This document shows positions 1-12,947 of a stretch of 64,000 nucleotides of DNA, one piece after another. Origin of the DNA: Octopus vulgaris (lineage: Eukaryota); contig OX597817.1 in the NCBI GenBank assembly GCA_951406725.2, forward strand, positions 125,798,001 to 125,862,000. The letters run 5' to 3'. The notes beneath the pieces were generated by a model, which saw only the letters and a program-made list of their open reading frames with translations, did not search any database and was not told the DNA's origin. Every line of letters starts with the position of its first letter. Within the stretch, counting starts at the first letter, position 1. The translations under genes were made by a program, and so were the position numbers.

Positions 1-530
1 AAATGCGAGTGAAATTCTTCATCCTTGTGGAATTTTGTCTGTCATTCACACTGTGTGAAATACGGTAGATAAAATTTCCAGTATCTCAGCTCTACGTTTC
101 TGAACTTATTCAGGAACAATGCTACCTTTCCCAGGTATTTTTTTCTGGTAAACATCAGTTTTACAGCTGCCATCATTTAATCCTAAGTGGGTGGATTAAA
201 TGTGCCAATGCAAGCCCCCCACCCGGTGATACAAGTTTTTACTGCCATCTTAGGATGCAAATATCACTAAAATGATGCTACCATTTGGCCTTGATTTCAT
301 TTCGCTTGCGCAGCAGCACATTACTAGTGCTTTCTCTAAGGAGTAAAGACGGAATATGGTGACTGCATGCAGTTGGTGGTACAAAGATTTTGACTATCGC
401 GTTGGCTGATGTCTGAATTTCGGGTGCTTTTTCTCACCAGCTTCCTCTTTTTGCTGCCAGCAATGCAAGCCGGACCACAGACATAAATTTATAAAAGACT
501 TTCAGTGATTTATCAGGTTCACGTTTTGGC
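1..530 (-). mobile_element. Decayed RTE-clade LINE fragment (region between endonuclease and RT)
   Basis: Minus-strand translation gives KAPEIQTSA, LLRKRNEIKAKW*HHFSD and IPGKGSIVPE*VQKRRAEILEILSTVFHTV*MTDKIPQG, resembling the RTE I..RW.EHF and PG.DGI..E...IP..W motifs; many stops and frameshifts. Confidence 0.55.
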
Positions 531-559
531 ACAGAACGCGAGAACAACATGCTAAATGT

Positions 560-1430
560 TATTTTCTTTTCTTCGAGCAACTGTCAAAAATGATCTATAT
601 CGAATCCATGACTACCAAACACTTAATGGTCAAGTAGTCTCGATTGTTTAGAGAACATCTGCACGTCAAATCGGGCGGGAGTTGTATGGCGAGCTGGAAC
701 AATAAAAATGTCTTGTAAACGCCTCACGAGTGTTTCAAAGACAATATTAAAGAAACATTTAATATAGATACTGGGAAGCACTCCGTCGGTTACGACGACG
801 AGGGTTCCAGTTGATCCGAATCAACGGAACAGCCTGCTCGTGAAATTAACGTGTAAGTGGCTGAGCACTCCACAGACACGTGTACCCTTAACGTAGTTCT
901 CGGGGATATTCAGCGTGACACAGAGAGTGACAAGGCCGGCCCTTTGAAGTACAGGTACAACAGAAACAGGAAGTAAGAGTGAGAGAAAGTTGTGATGAAA
1001 GAGTAGAGCAGGGATCACCACCATCCCCTGCCGGAGCCTCGTGGAGCTTTTAGGTGTGTTTTCGCTCAATAAACACTCACAACGCCCGGTCTGGGAATCG
1101 AAACCGCGATCCTATGACCGCGAGTCCGCTGCCCTAACCACTGGGCCATTGCGCCTCCACGCAGGTAAATATATGGAGTATGTGAGCACTTTTTTCAAAA
1201 AGGATACAACAGATTTTCTTTCGTAATCAGGGATACTCAGCCACACGCGCGATGAAGAATCGCTCCCACGTACCAATGAGACGTCCGGCATGATCGATTG
1301 GTACCTCGAGTAGCGGAATGTATGAACCGGTCAGTGCACATGCTCAGCACTCTGGGTTCCAGGTTGCAAGTGAGCGGATTGATGCCGGTGGAGACTGATA
1401 TGTAGTCATAGTCGAATGAAATGTAATACA
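560..1430 (+). mobile_element. Decayed RTE-clade LINE 3' end, interrupted by a SINE
   Basis: LYGELE (~683-700), FKDNIKETFNID and WEAL (~772-783) match the RTE C-terminal LYGEL..FKD..WE pattern; resumes after the SINE with KKDTTDF. Confidence 0.45.
775..1158 (-). mobile_element. tRNA-derived SINE, family C (full length)
   Basis: Minus strand starts GGAGGCGCAATGGCCCAGTGGTTAGGG (pol III A box) followed by GGTTTCGATTCCC (B box); ~385 bp, GC-richer than flanks. Confidence 0.85.
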
Positions 1431-1544
1431 TTGCGAGCCTTATGTGTTAGATGACACGCTACCAAAGATGAGGAGATCAAATTTGTTTGAGTGAAATAAA
1501 TATAGGAAGTGTGTGTGTGTGTGTATATACGCATACGTATATAT

Positions 1545-1760
1545 ATACATAACGGGAAGTTTTACGAAAATAAACAAAAGACAAAAGACGAAGGCAGGTG
1601 GAGTACAAACAAACAATTGTATTAGTATGGCGCTCAGGAATAGAAATAAAACAAGTCTTTTACGTTTCGAGCCTACGCTCTTCGACAGAAAGATACACAG
1701 AAAAGAAACAAGGAGATAAAAAAAAATGCGTGTAGGAGCTAACGGTCCATCATGGCGTTC
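1545..1760 (-). mobile_element. Penelope-like pseudo-LTR-type repeat carrying a hammerhead motif
   Basis: Lies in a TA/CA microsatellite; homologous to 49530-49740 (hammerhead motif followed by a CCTGAGCG..AT..TAATAC tract). Confidence 0.6.
1656..1693 (-). ncRNA. Minimal type I hammerhead ribozyme motif (core variant)
   Basis: Minus strand UCUUU-CUGUCGA-A-GAGC(GUAG)GCUC-GAAA-C-GUA-AAAGA: stem I 5 bp, stem II 4 bp, palindromic ACGU stem III, GUA cleavage triplet; core has A6U. Confidence 0.65.
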
Positions 1761-2833
1761 TGATTTCAGGCAGAAGTCAGAGGTCAGAGGTCAGACGTCC
1801 CACACACACATATATTTATATATGCATACGCACACACACACACACATATATCTACATTCCCCACCCTCACACTTATATATATATATATACTAACGTAAAA
1901 GCCGCTAGCTCCTCTGGCAGGCTCTTCATTAGATTTTGGGCCCAACACATGCATTGAGTATATGTTAAAATTTATTAAAGTTGAACAATACTTCTTCATG
2001 CAAAGAACAATTTTCACCAAAACAGTGATTTAATTTGTCGACTTGGAATTTATTGCAAAGCTATAGGATAAGCAACACTTTTTGTCTTCCCATTCGAGCG
2101 TCAGTACAATTTCTTTTTCTATTTAACCTCCTCCTTTCTCTACCTCTCTTCTCCTTCTTCTTTTTCTATTGATTGTTTTCAACCATTACCATCACTAGTA
2201 CCACCACCATCGCAACCACAACTGCCGTACAGACACAATTCAGACTTCTGTTGCCACCAACATCAATACCTTTGACTTCGCTGTCTTCTCCTCCACCATC
2301 ATCACCACTGTCCTTCACAACGCTTACTCTCACCGTCTTCTCTGACCACCACGAAGACCAACACCTTCATCACCACCGCCTCCGCCTCTAGCACAACTAC
2401 AGTTCATACTATTACTGTCATCACATTACCATCACAAAAAGTCTAAATGTGTGTGTTCGTTCAGTATGTTATTTAGCATGTTACCTCAGTGCTTAACCCT
2501 CTTTCTCTCTCTCTCCCTCTCTTTTTCGTTCTCTCTCTACCTCTTTGTCTTCGCCACTCTCACCATCTCTACGCCAACTATTACTCGCACCCCACCATGA
2601 GGAATAGTAGCAGTCTTCTTGAATAGTGAGAGAAGGGATCTAAATGTGACACACTGACACACAGACATTAGGTTTCGCATTTACTATATATATAGTAAAA
2701 AGGGTAATAAAATAAATTATTATTACCAGTGATCTAGCACAAAAGACAAATTAGTCATTAGACTATATGTTATTCATATATAAGTACATTAAAAGGCCTC
2801 TAAAGGAAGAAGCAAGTACTAGATACACAGAAA

Positions 2834-2867
<34 letters not shown>

Positions 2868-2870
<3 letters not shown>

Positions 2871-3750
2871 CAGGTCATTAAGAATAAAATGTCCGATTTT
2901 CTGATGCACTGAGTTTCACAATTCTTTGTTTCACAACATCCAAAAGTTTCATCATCACTTCTCGAAATGCAATTCATGGTATCTGATTATATTTTGAGTT
3001 TTCCCTAGCAAATCAATTTTTGTGTACACATAGATAGATCAAATATTCGTGTTGTTTATGAATGAGTTCCATCGTGGAACCTATGTATCCCAGACAGCTG
3101 AAAACATCAGTGAGTTGTTTAGTGAAGATGTGGCGAATGAGCGCGCCCTTCGTCGATTGTTTGAGAAGTTTCAGTCTAGTGACTTTACTCTAGAAAATCA
3201 GCTTCGTAGTAGACCCGAGAACAAGGTGGATAATGATGAGTTGGAAACTCTATTGGAAGCGGATACATCTCAAACTGCGCGTGCTTTAGCAGCAAGGTTT
3301 GACGTTTCGATTCCAACTTACTGGGCCATCTGAAACAAATTAGCAAGTTAAAGAAGCTGAACAAATGGGTACCACACGAACTGAATCCGCGTCAAATGAC
3401 AAGTCGTCTTGAAACTTGCTGTTCTTTGCTGTGATGGCATAAAAGCGAACAAGTTTTGCATCGCATCCTTACGTGTGATGAAAAATGGATTGTTTTTCAA
3501 CAATAGCAAATGTTCTGCACGATGGTTGGATGAAGACGAAATGTCAAATCACAGCTCAAGAGAATATTCACCTAAAAAGCTAATGGTGTCTGTTTGGTGG
3601 TCCATCGCTGGTGTCACGCGTTACAGCTTCATGAGAATTGGTAAGCCAATTACAGCGGATATATTCATCAACCAATGGAATGAAATGATGAGTGAATTTG
3701 CAATCAAACGACCGAGATTGGTCAAACGAGAGAGGCCAATTATCTTGTAA
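2868..3750 (+). mobile_element. Mariner transposon, 3'-truncated, transposase pseudogene
   Basis: ORF pieces 3049-3333 and 3409-3750; KWVPHEL (~3363-3383), TCDEKWI (~3471-3491), KKLMVSVWWS; left TIR-like CAGGTCATT..AATGTCCGATTT after (TA)n, related to the TIR of the 60.7 kb mariner. Confidence 0.9.
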
Positions 3751-4019
3751 GATATATATATATATATATAATAATAAATATTTGGGAATAAATCCAAACT
3801 TAAAGGGAAAAATCACATTTAGGATTGAATCCAATTTTATAGTAAAATATTATATTATATTAAATTAATTTAAAGAAATTAACAGCCATGAAACGATCGT
3901 AGTGTTATATTAATTATATTTTTTTAATAATTTTGTTATATATTTAAATAATATAAATTAAATAATCTTATGTATTGGCTTAAGTTTTTCATTGTATGAT
4001 TTGCCTAATAGTGGTTTTG

Positions 4020-4073
<54 letters not shown>

Positions 4074-4078
<5 letters not shown>

Positions 4079-4165
4079 CCTCAGGCCGACCAAGCTTTGT
4101 GAGTGGATTTCGTACACGGAAACTGAAAGACTGTCGTATACATGGGTATATTTGTATGTGCGCGC

Positions 4166-4207
<42 letters not shown>

Positions 4208-4410
4208 CTATCTGTCTGTCCATGTGTATCTCCACCATTGCTTGACAACCGATGCTGCTGTGTTTTTACAATCCCATAACTAAGCGGTTCGGAAAAAGAC
4301 ACTGATAGAATAAGTACTAGGCTTACAAACAATAAAACCTGTGGTCGATTTGTCCGGTGATCCAGCATGGCCACAGTCACGAGACTGAAACAACTAAAAC
4401 AATAAAAAAA
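4074..4410 (+). mobile_element. tRNA-derived SINE family A, 5'-truncated
   Basis: Body and tail match the 8955-9361 copy (TATAGCCTC.GGCCG, internal TG/TA microsatellite, GATAGAATAAGTAC, CCAGCATGGCC.CAGTC..GACTGAAAC). Confidence 0.85.
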
Positions 4411-4455
4411 ATCTATGCCATTTTAATCCCGAGCAAGGGCGGGTATCTCTGCTAG
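4411..4455 (+). mobile_element. Helitron-like 3' terminus
   Basis: GC-rich hairpin CCCG(AGCAAGGG)CGGG at 4428-4443, then CTAG at 4452-4455. Confidence 0.5.
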
Positions 4456-5734
4456 AACTCGAACAATATGAAATGAAGTGTTTTCACCAGTTCAAGAAAC
4501 GAAACCACAATCTTCCGATCGTGAATATAACACCCGTATTCATTAAACCACGCGCGTCCACACATTCACTCTTATACTTATATATACATACATGCACACA
4601 TACAGTAACACTTACATGTGATTCTGTTCACATTTGAATACATACAGCAATGCGCAAATGTAATGTATAGATATTCATCTTTACATAAGTGCTCATATGT
4701 ACGTATAATTGTGTGTGTAATTGTAGATCTGTTAATTTGTATGTATGATTATGCTACATTAAATATTAGTCGGTTTGTACATTTAATGGTGCTGATGCTA
4801 ATGATGCTAATATCTGTAATAATGTCAATGACATTAACGACGATTATGGTGAAAATGAAGTGTACAGGAGGATGAGGAGGAAAACAGCTTTCAAATTCAA
4901 GTTTATTAACAGACGTCGTGAATTTTCTTCAGTAAAGAGTGGAAGAAGTGAAGTAGAAGACGTCGAGGTAGTTTCATTAATAGACGTCGTCAAAGTTCTT
5001 AAGTTTGGCAATGAAGTAGGAGCTTCAGAGATAGAAGACGAAATAGAGGGGTTGGGGAAAATAGTTTTTATGAAATTGTCAACGTTTTCAGGTATGATAA
5101 ATACGATTTGAACATTAAAAACTAAACAAACAACAAATCTAATATCTTCATTTTTATTATTCAAACATTTTTAAATGTGGTGTTATTTGCTTTTTTCATA
5201 TCTTGTCATTTTGTTAATACCAGCCACTCGCATTGCTGTACGCCACATTTAACTGCAAGGACATCATAACCACGAAATAAAAAAAAAAAGGTGGATGATG
5301 TAAAAGAGGAGAATATGAATGAGAGTGCTTTTTATTACTATACGTTGTAAAAATAATAAAGTGATTGTAGGAAAAGAAGGAGCAGGATTCAAAGTTGGTT
5401 TAATTATAAGATGTGGCCCAGGTGAAGCTTCTCAAATGTTATCTTCTCGCTCTACTAGTTACAAAATTTTCCCCATTGCAACCCATGATGATGTGTTATT
5501 CAGGCATTAGCCATTTTGTATATTATATATTTTACCAATGTATATGTGTGGTCTTTTCTAAATGTTTGTTTTTGCAACTAAATTCATTCAATCTTTTACA
5601 TTTGTAAGCTTTTTGTCTTTAAATATTCTGTTGTACATATACAGAAGTATATATACATGTGTACAAGTAGATATGCATATACATACACTCATGCCGGTAT
5701 ACAGCTAAAGATAAACATGCATGCATACATATGT

Positions 5735-5792
<58 letters not shown>

Positions 5793-7778
5793 GCGCATAC
5801 ACCTATACACCTATATATTTAATACATACACACATTACATATGTATGCATGTATGTATTATGTATGTATATGCCTGTGTGTGTCTCTATGTGTGTGTGTA
5901 TGCATCTATGTTTAGCTTCCATTTTTGTTTTTATCAACTGGTTAATTAACTATGAAATTTGATAAGTAATGTTGAAAATTAACAAATAAACAGACAAGAA
6001 TCAAATTATTTAGTTACAGTGGAATAATAAATAACGAAAGGAGACAAAATGTCTCACTTTAACACAAACAAATTTAGATGTATAAAACTAAATATATTAG
6101 CATAAACATTACGACAAATAGTTTATCTGTAGTATGCAAATATTTATGATAACTCTTCATAATTAGGTACAGCTGTCACTTTGCATGAGCAATACATGTA
6201 ATGTACAAATTTGCCATCTTTTTATTTTTATATTTGTTGATATAAATATATTTGTGTGCTTGTTGTGTGTGTGTGTATTATTTTGCTTACGCCTGTCTTG
6301 TCTATATCTACCCTCATCTTTGCATTTTACTTTCTCTTTGTATTATTGATCTTCGTTATTTATAAGACAGGAAGAAATGGTTTACAAATAACAAATATTG
6401 TAAATTATCTTACTTCTAATACTGTTATATTTTCTTCTTTCTATCCTTTACTTTTGCTTTTCTTGCATCATTCCGATACAAAATAGAAAGCATAAAAGAT
6501 GAAAGAAAGAAATGAAAAGTATGCATAAAGAAAGATGTCTAGAGTAAACACCTATGAAATAATATAATTGGTACAAACAGTCACTGGAATGAAAGCATAA
6601 CAAGCAAAGGCAAGCCAGGAACTATTTTAGATTTTCTTCTTTCAGTCAAAATAATGTTGCTCTTGCATTCGTTGTCGTTAATATTTAGCACCAGTCTAGT
6701 TGTCGACGAAGAGACCTGTGATCAAAAGGATTCTTGTAATGTGTTTCCAGAAACACATTATCCAGTATGTATTTATGTATGAATGACGTTTAACAGCTAA
6801 TTCTCGCGGCCGTGTAGTAAACTCTTTTACTGTCGTGTGTTTGATGTTGATGGTGTCTTTGTTGTTATTGCATAGTCTCTTCACACTCAGTTCTACTTTA
6901 ACACACAATATGATGCAGTGAGGTAAATAAATGATCGAACGACTCATTTAAAAGAATCTGCATAATCGTTGGTATCTAACGTTGTTGAATTTAATGTCTT
7001 GAATTTTAGAGTACTGGTTCAATTTAATAAAATTCTAGAAAGAGAGATGCTTCTGTTAATCTTGACGAATTTGGTTACTTCTTTACAGAGATTTGTTTTC
7101 TGAGCTGAGTCAGGCAAAATATTTTTATCGAAGTTTCTCAATTGACTACATTATGCTTGGCTTCTCATCAATTGGCTATTGTTGCTGTCGTATAAAGAAA
7201 ATCTACTTCACTGTGTCTGGCATAATTTTCCTCACAGATTATGTGTGTTTACTACTGCTATTACATTATAATGGTCACTGCTCCTCTTAGCAGGCTGGTG
7301 CTAAATCACTTCTAGTTAGGCGCTTACGGCTTACGCGTTTACTTTATTTTCGTCGCCCATATTGCATTATAAGCACTAGCATTGAATTATATTACCGAAT
7401 GTCAAAACCTTCCCCATAAGAAAGTCGGCCTTCACGAATTCCCTTCTTCCTTCGTCTTTCTTTCAGATGCCGTATATACAAGTCTGAAAGGAACGTTAAC
7501 AATTTCGCTTAACGAGAACATACAAGGACTATAGACAATGCCTCTTCCCGAAGAACAAACAAGCGAAAATGTTTGTTGTACTAATATCAGTTGCTAATAT
7601 CAGAAATTAATATAATAAAATCGTTTCGATTGGTTGAAATATATGACGAACAACTGGAGCTGCGCTTTTTTCATCTTTAAGTATAAAATGTCGTTCCATA
7701 AAATGTTGTTTTTATTTCAGTGGTGTTGGAAACACTATTCACATGCGACATTATATAGGTTGAGTTACTGACTAGATA

Positions 7779-8030
7779 CAATACACTTTTGCTGATTATT
7801 TTAAACGTATTTTTATTGTTCTCTGTCACCATTTTATTCTTTTAAAATTACATTTATATATCTTACCACCTGGAATTAAGAAACCTTCATTCGCTGCATT
7901 ATATGGTTTTCGTCACCGATTATGCACAATACACTTTTGCTGGTTATATTTAATGTATTTTTTATTGCTGCTTGTAGCAATCTTATTCTTTTAAAATTCC
8001 ATTTTTAGATCTTGCCACCTGGAAATAATG
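7779..8030. repeat. Degenerate tandem duplication, period ~148 bp
   Basis: CAATACACTTTTGCTG...TTATTCTTTTAAAATT...TCTT.CCACCTGGAA starts at both 7779 and 7927. Confidence 0.8.
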
Positions 8031-8954
8031 AATTGATATAAGTTCTTACCTGGTGATTTATTCTATCTATTTCCAATAGATGAAATTCTAAGATGATATA
8101 TGTAGGCTTAACAATCGAATCATAAAGAACCCGTAATAAAATATTGCCAGTTTTATGTCTTATTCTTTAACAACTTTGCCAACTCTTTCTATTTGGTAAA
8201 AATCATGTGTAGGTTCGGTACCTTTTGTCTTTTTTATGAACTTTACTGCTTAAATATTTTTAGTTTAGCTGTTTGTCATTTTAACGATGGTAGGATAATT
8301 TCTGGGAAAGACTCGACTGCTGCATGAAGTACGTATATCTTCATAGATATTCTTTACTGACTATTATTCCAAGCTGTCGTTAGTGGTTGGCCTTAACTTC
8401 AAGTCTGATTGAGTAGACAAGCCTTTGATCAAAGACGCTTCAACGAAAGTTGTCTCACATTACTTTTAGACGTTATTTTCATTTTTCATGGTGTGAAATA
8501 CAGAAATAATATTTGGCCAATCGCGTTGATTAAATTTACAAAAACAATATAAAAATACAGAAAAAAAGAAAATGAAGTAAAGGCGTTTATCTTTAATACA
8601 AAAAATAATAGATATTCTGGCAGGTGATAAATGTATACCTTGGATACCGTCAGTTTCAATTTACTGTCTTTATTTGTAACTTTTAATATCTAATATTATC
8701 TATAATGAAAATATAGATAGTTTTATAGAAATTCATAAAACGTCTAAAGAAATATAAACATATCTAACTGGTAAAATTGTGAATTGAACAGCGACTATGC
8801 TTTGGAAAAGTTACATTAAAAAACAAACAACCACTAATGTAAAATACTAGTGGTATGCTAATGCATTGTAAAATACATATCATATATTGATGACACCGAA
8901 ATAAAAACATTCCGGACTTTAAAAAATTCACGAAGAGTTTAGGTAGTGGGTAGA

Positions 8955-9361
8955 TACTCTTTTACTCTTTTACTTGTTTCAGTCATTTGACTGCGGCCAT
9001 GCTGGAGCACCGCCTTTAATCGAGCAACTCGGCCCCGGGACTTATTCTTTGTAAGCCCAGTACTTATGATATCGGACTCTTTTTGCCGAACCGCTAAGTG
9101 ACGGTGACATAAACACACCAGCATCAGTTGTCAAGCGATGCTAGGGGGACAAACACAGACACATAAACACACACACATACATATGTATATATACATATAT
9201 ACGACGGGCTTCTTTCATTTTCCATCTACCAAATCCACTCACAAGGCTTTGGCCGGCCCGAGGCTATAGTAGAAAACACTTGCCCAAGGTGCCACGCAGT
9301 GGGACTGAACCCGGAACCATGTGGTTGGTAAACAAGCTACTTACCACACAGCCACTCCTGC
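8955..9361 (-). mobile_element. tRNA-derived SINE family A, full length (CORE-like central segment)
   Basis: Minus head GCAGGAGTGGCTGTGTGGTAAG (A box), GGGTTCAGTCCC (B box), ACCTTGGGCAAGT segment resembling the CORE domain, internal CA/TA microsatellite, (AAAAGAGT)n tail. Confidence 0.9.
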
Positions 9362-9408
9362 TTTGTTATCACTTTCAACCTTGTGTGCAGATAAAGATAA
9401 GTTATTAC

Positions 9409-9672
9409 CTTTTACTTATTTCAAACATTAGACTGCGGCCATGCTGAGGTACATATTTTTTAAAGCTTGGTACTTATTGAATCGGCCTCTTTAGCCAGTA
9501 ATTGACCAACACCGGGCTTCTTTCTGTTTTCGCCTACCAGATCCGCAAATCCTCTAACAAGGCATTGGCTGGTTCGATGCGATACTAAAAGACACATGCC
9601 CGAGGTGCCTTGCAAGGGGACTGTACCGGAAACCATGTGGTCGGGAAGCAAACTTCTTACTACACAGCCACG
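9409..9672 (-). mobile_element. SINE family A, older internally deleted copy
   Basis: Same head and tail blocks as the adjacent copy, more diverged. Confidence 0.75.
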
Positions 9673-10177
9673 TTGGTAGGCTTTCAATGTCAGGTGGAGC
9701 GAAGCGTTGGTTGAAGCAACGTTTATACCTCATCAATACATGTAAATACACAGGGCCTGCACAGAAGCAGGTTAAATGCTAAGATAAAGAAAAAAGAAAA
9801 TGATTCGTAACAAAAAGCACAAGCTGTTACAATTTAGGAAAAACTTGACTAATATATTACTTAATTGATCATACAAGCGTGAATAGAAAAATAGACTTCC
9901 GCTATATTTGAAATGTATAATCTAAAGGGACATGACACGCATTAATGTTGTTTAGCACATGTTCAAAATATGATCGAGTATACATACCGAAAGGGCTCTA
10001 CTCACGACATGAAATCGTATATCTAAGCTAGTGTATGTTGGGCTGTGTGACAAAGACATACTAAGGATACTGATGGTGCTGTAGTCTTCTGAAACTACGA
10101 AGCTTGCTATGACTCTCCTATGTATTGTAGCGTGATATTCATTGACTTTTTCTTGAAGGTGCTAGAGTTTTATATGT

Positions 10178-10290
10178 TAGCAAACTGGCAGACACGTGAG
10201 AACACCATATGGCATCTGTTCCCGGGTTTCTAGGTTCAAATGCTCTGATCTACAACTTTGCCTATTATTATTTCTGGGTAGATAAATAAA
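10178..10290 (+). mobile_element. SINE family B, highly degenerate
   Basis: CTGGCAGACACGT...GGTTCAAAT...ACTTTGCCT...GATAAATAAA blocks shared with the 11720 and 59117 copies. Confidence 0.5.
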
Positions 10291-11114
10291 CGTCATGATC
10301 TTGGAGGTTTCGATTCTCACATCCATTTGCTTTCTCTCTCTCTCCGTTCCCTCTTTCTCTCCCCCCGTTTCACCCTTCTATTCCTCTCTTATCAGAAGAA
10401 ATCGGTCGTAGTAAAATCTAGAGAGACATGAGTTTCACTCGGCCGAAAAGAGCACACGACACACTATATGTTACTACGAAGCCTCACTAACTCGCTCAGG
10501 AGCTGAAGGCTCAAGGCAATGCAAGAGTATTATATGACAGGAATAGCTGCTATTGCAAGATGAGTAACCAAACAAGTGAGTGTACATATAAGTTATCCTG
10601 TATAGCATTTCTTGAAGACGTTAGAGTAGAATTTAAATATGATTTCGCAGCTATTTATTGCCACTCTCTCGAAGCTTTAGATACTTTCTTGATAATTTAT
10701 ACAAAATATTATTCTGTACGCTGTATAAAGTAACATCGCACTCAGAACGCAAATTGAGCTTCTAAACTGAACGAAAATAATATTATAAGGGTTGATGAAT
10801 CTGCTGGTCGTGGATCGGCATTTGGCCAATTACAAGCGTGACAATGGCTTTCCTATTCACAGCTGACTTAGAGCAACGCATCAGCGGTAAACGCATCAAT
10901 ACCAAGAACAGCGACGACAACAAAATCATGTATTGAAGTTCTGAGAACTGCAATATTCTTTATGCTTCCTAACAATTTCACAACACCTCATCATATTGTT
11001 CTGCATTCTATTTCCTTTTATAGTCGTACTGAAATAAATGTGAGTGAAAAAGGTTGAAGCTTACTATCAAATACAAATATCTAAAAAAAAAATTAGTTAA
11101 CAAATCAAACATAC

Positions 11115-11505
11115 AGGCGCAGGCATGGCTGTGTGCTAAGAAGACTGCTTCCCAACCAGATGGATCCAGGTTCACTCCCACTGAATGGCACATCGGGCAA
11201 GTATCTTCTACTATAGCCTCGGGCCGACCAAATCCTTGTGTGGATTTGGCAAATGAAAACCGAATGAAGCCCATATGTACATATCTATGTGTGTGTATCT
11301 TTGTGTCCGTCTTTGACTCCCATCACTACACAGACAACCGATATTGGTTTGTTTATGTCTTTGTATATTAGCAGTTCGGCAACAAGAGACCGATAGAATA
11401 ATTACTAGGCTTAAAGAATGAGTCCTGAGGTTGATTTGTTCGATTCAAAAAATTCGAGGTCATGTTCCTCTGAAATAACTGAAACAAGTTAAAGTATTAA
11501 AGAAA
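11115..11505 (+). mobile_element. SINE family A, full length
   Basis: AGGCGCAGGCATGGCTGTGTG head, GGTTCACTCCC B box, family A body and tail. Confidence 0.85.
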
Positions 11506-11588
11506 AAGAAATACAAATAACACAAAATCTCCCTATTTCATAGATAACACAGACACACACCCACGCACTCACACACTCACACACATAC

Positions 11589-11698
<110 letters not shown>

Positions 11699-11719
11699 TT
11701 ATCTATTAATATTTGTAGA

Positions 11720-12241
11720 AGAGGGTGAGGTGGCAGACACGTTAGCACGCCGGGCGAAATGCTTAGCGGCATTTCGTCTGCCGTTACCTTCTGAGTTATG
11801 CACTGGGGTCAATATAATCGACTTAAACCGTTTGTCTGTCCTCGTTTGTCCTCTCTGTGTTTAGCCCCTTGTGGGTAATAAAGAAACAGGTATTTTGTCT
11901 GTCATTACGTTCTGAATTCAAATTCCGCCGAGGTCGACTTTGCCTTTTATCCTTTCAGGGTCAATTAAATAAGTACCAGTTACGCACTGGGGTCGATATA
12001 ATCGACGTAATCCGTTTGTCTGTCCTTGTTTGTCATCTCTGTGTTTAGCCCCTTGTTGGTAGTAAAGAAATAGCTATTTCGTCTGTCATTACGTTCTGAA
12101 TTCAAATTCCGCCGACGTCGACTTTGCCTTTCATTCTTTTGGTGTCGATAAATTAAATTAAGTACCAGTTGCGTACTGGGGTCTATCTAATCGACTGGTC
12201 CCTTCTCCAAAAGTTAGGGCCTTGTGTCTGGAGTAAATAGG
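11720..12241 (+). mobile_element. SINE family B with internally repeated body
   Basis: Head TGGCAGACACGTTAGCACGCCGGGCG; block ATTTCGTCTG..TTACGTTCTGA.TTCAAATTCCGCCG recurs at ~11770 (partial), ~11890 and ~12075; flanking direct repeat ATTAATATTT at 11705-11714 and 12242-12251. Confidence 0.85.
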
Positions 12242-12846
12242 ATTAATATTTAGGAGATGAAATAAAATAACACAAGGTCCAAGAGTTTCGACGCTGGCAC
12301 TTATCAAATTCGTTAGAAGTCGACATATTTATACGCATGTATACACACACAGAGTTATACACATGCAGGTACACATTTGTGTATGCGTGTATGAACGTAG
12401 GCATGCATACATTCATATATATATATAACAATATCTGTGAGTTAGCTGCCATCGTCGTGGTTGACGTGTCACCTGAGGTTAAACATGACAGGGCAACGTA
12501 CTCCTATGTATGTTATGTGAATACGTGCATGTAAGTACGTGTGTATGTTTGTGCACGCACATGTTTGAGAGCACTCGCATGTTCACGTAGACAGGTGTAT
12601 CTTTCAGGATAAATCAAATAATTCCTTAGGGATAATATGCACATATTTATGGTTTTATTTCAGTAGAAATCGATTGATAGTTTGAAAGAAGGCGTATCTC
12701 ATGGTCTGCAACATTTCAAGTAAAAAAAAAAAGAGGGCAACATTTTGAAAACAAAGAGAGCAGAGAGGAATTTACGAGATACGGAAGAAGACATAAAGGA
12801 GGGAAAGAAGAGAAAGAGATGATGAAAGGAAAGCAGAGAGAAGGTA

Positions 12847-12848
<2 letters not shown>

Positions 12849-12896
<48 letters not shown>

Positions 12897-12897
12897 A

Positions 12898-12947
<50 letters not shown>

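Noticed and set aside
1085-1158. tRNA gene-like A/B boxes (also 9290-9361 and 59117-59205)
   Set aside because: They continue into repeated SINE bodies and lack a full cloverleaf; these are SINE heads
7440-7770. Strong polypyrimidine-CAG acceptors at ~7467 and ~7720
   Set aside because: No convincing donor or recognisable coding frame; such sites arise by chance in AT-rich DNA
11770-12200. Regularly spaced repeats resembling a CRISPR array
   Set aside because: The spacers are also repeated, the context is eukaryotic, and there are no cas genes; internal SINE duplication
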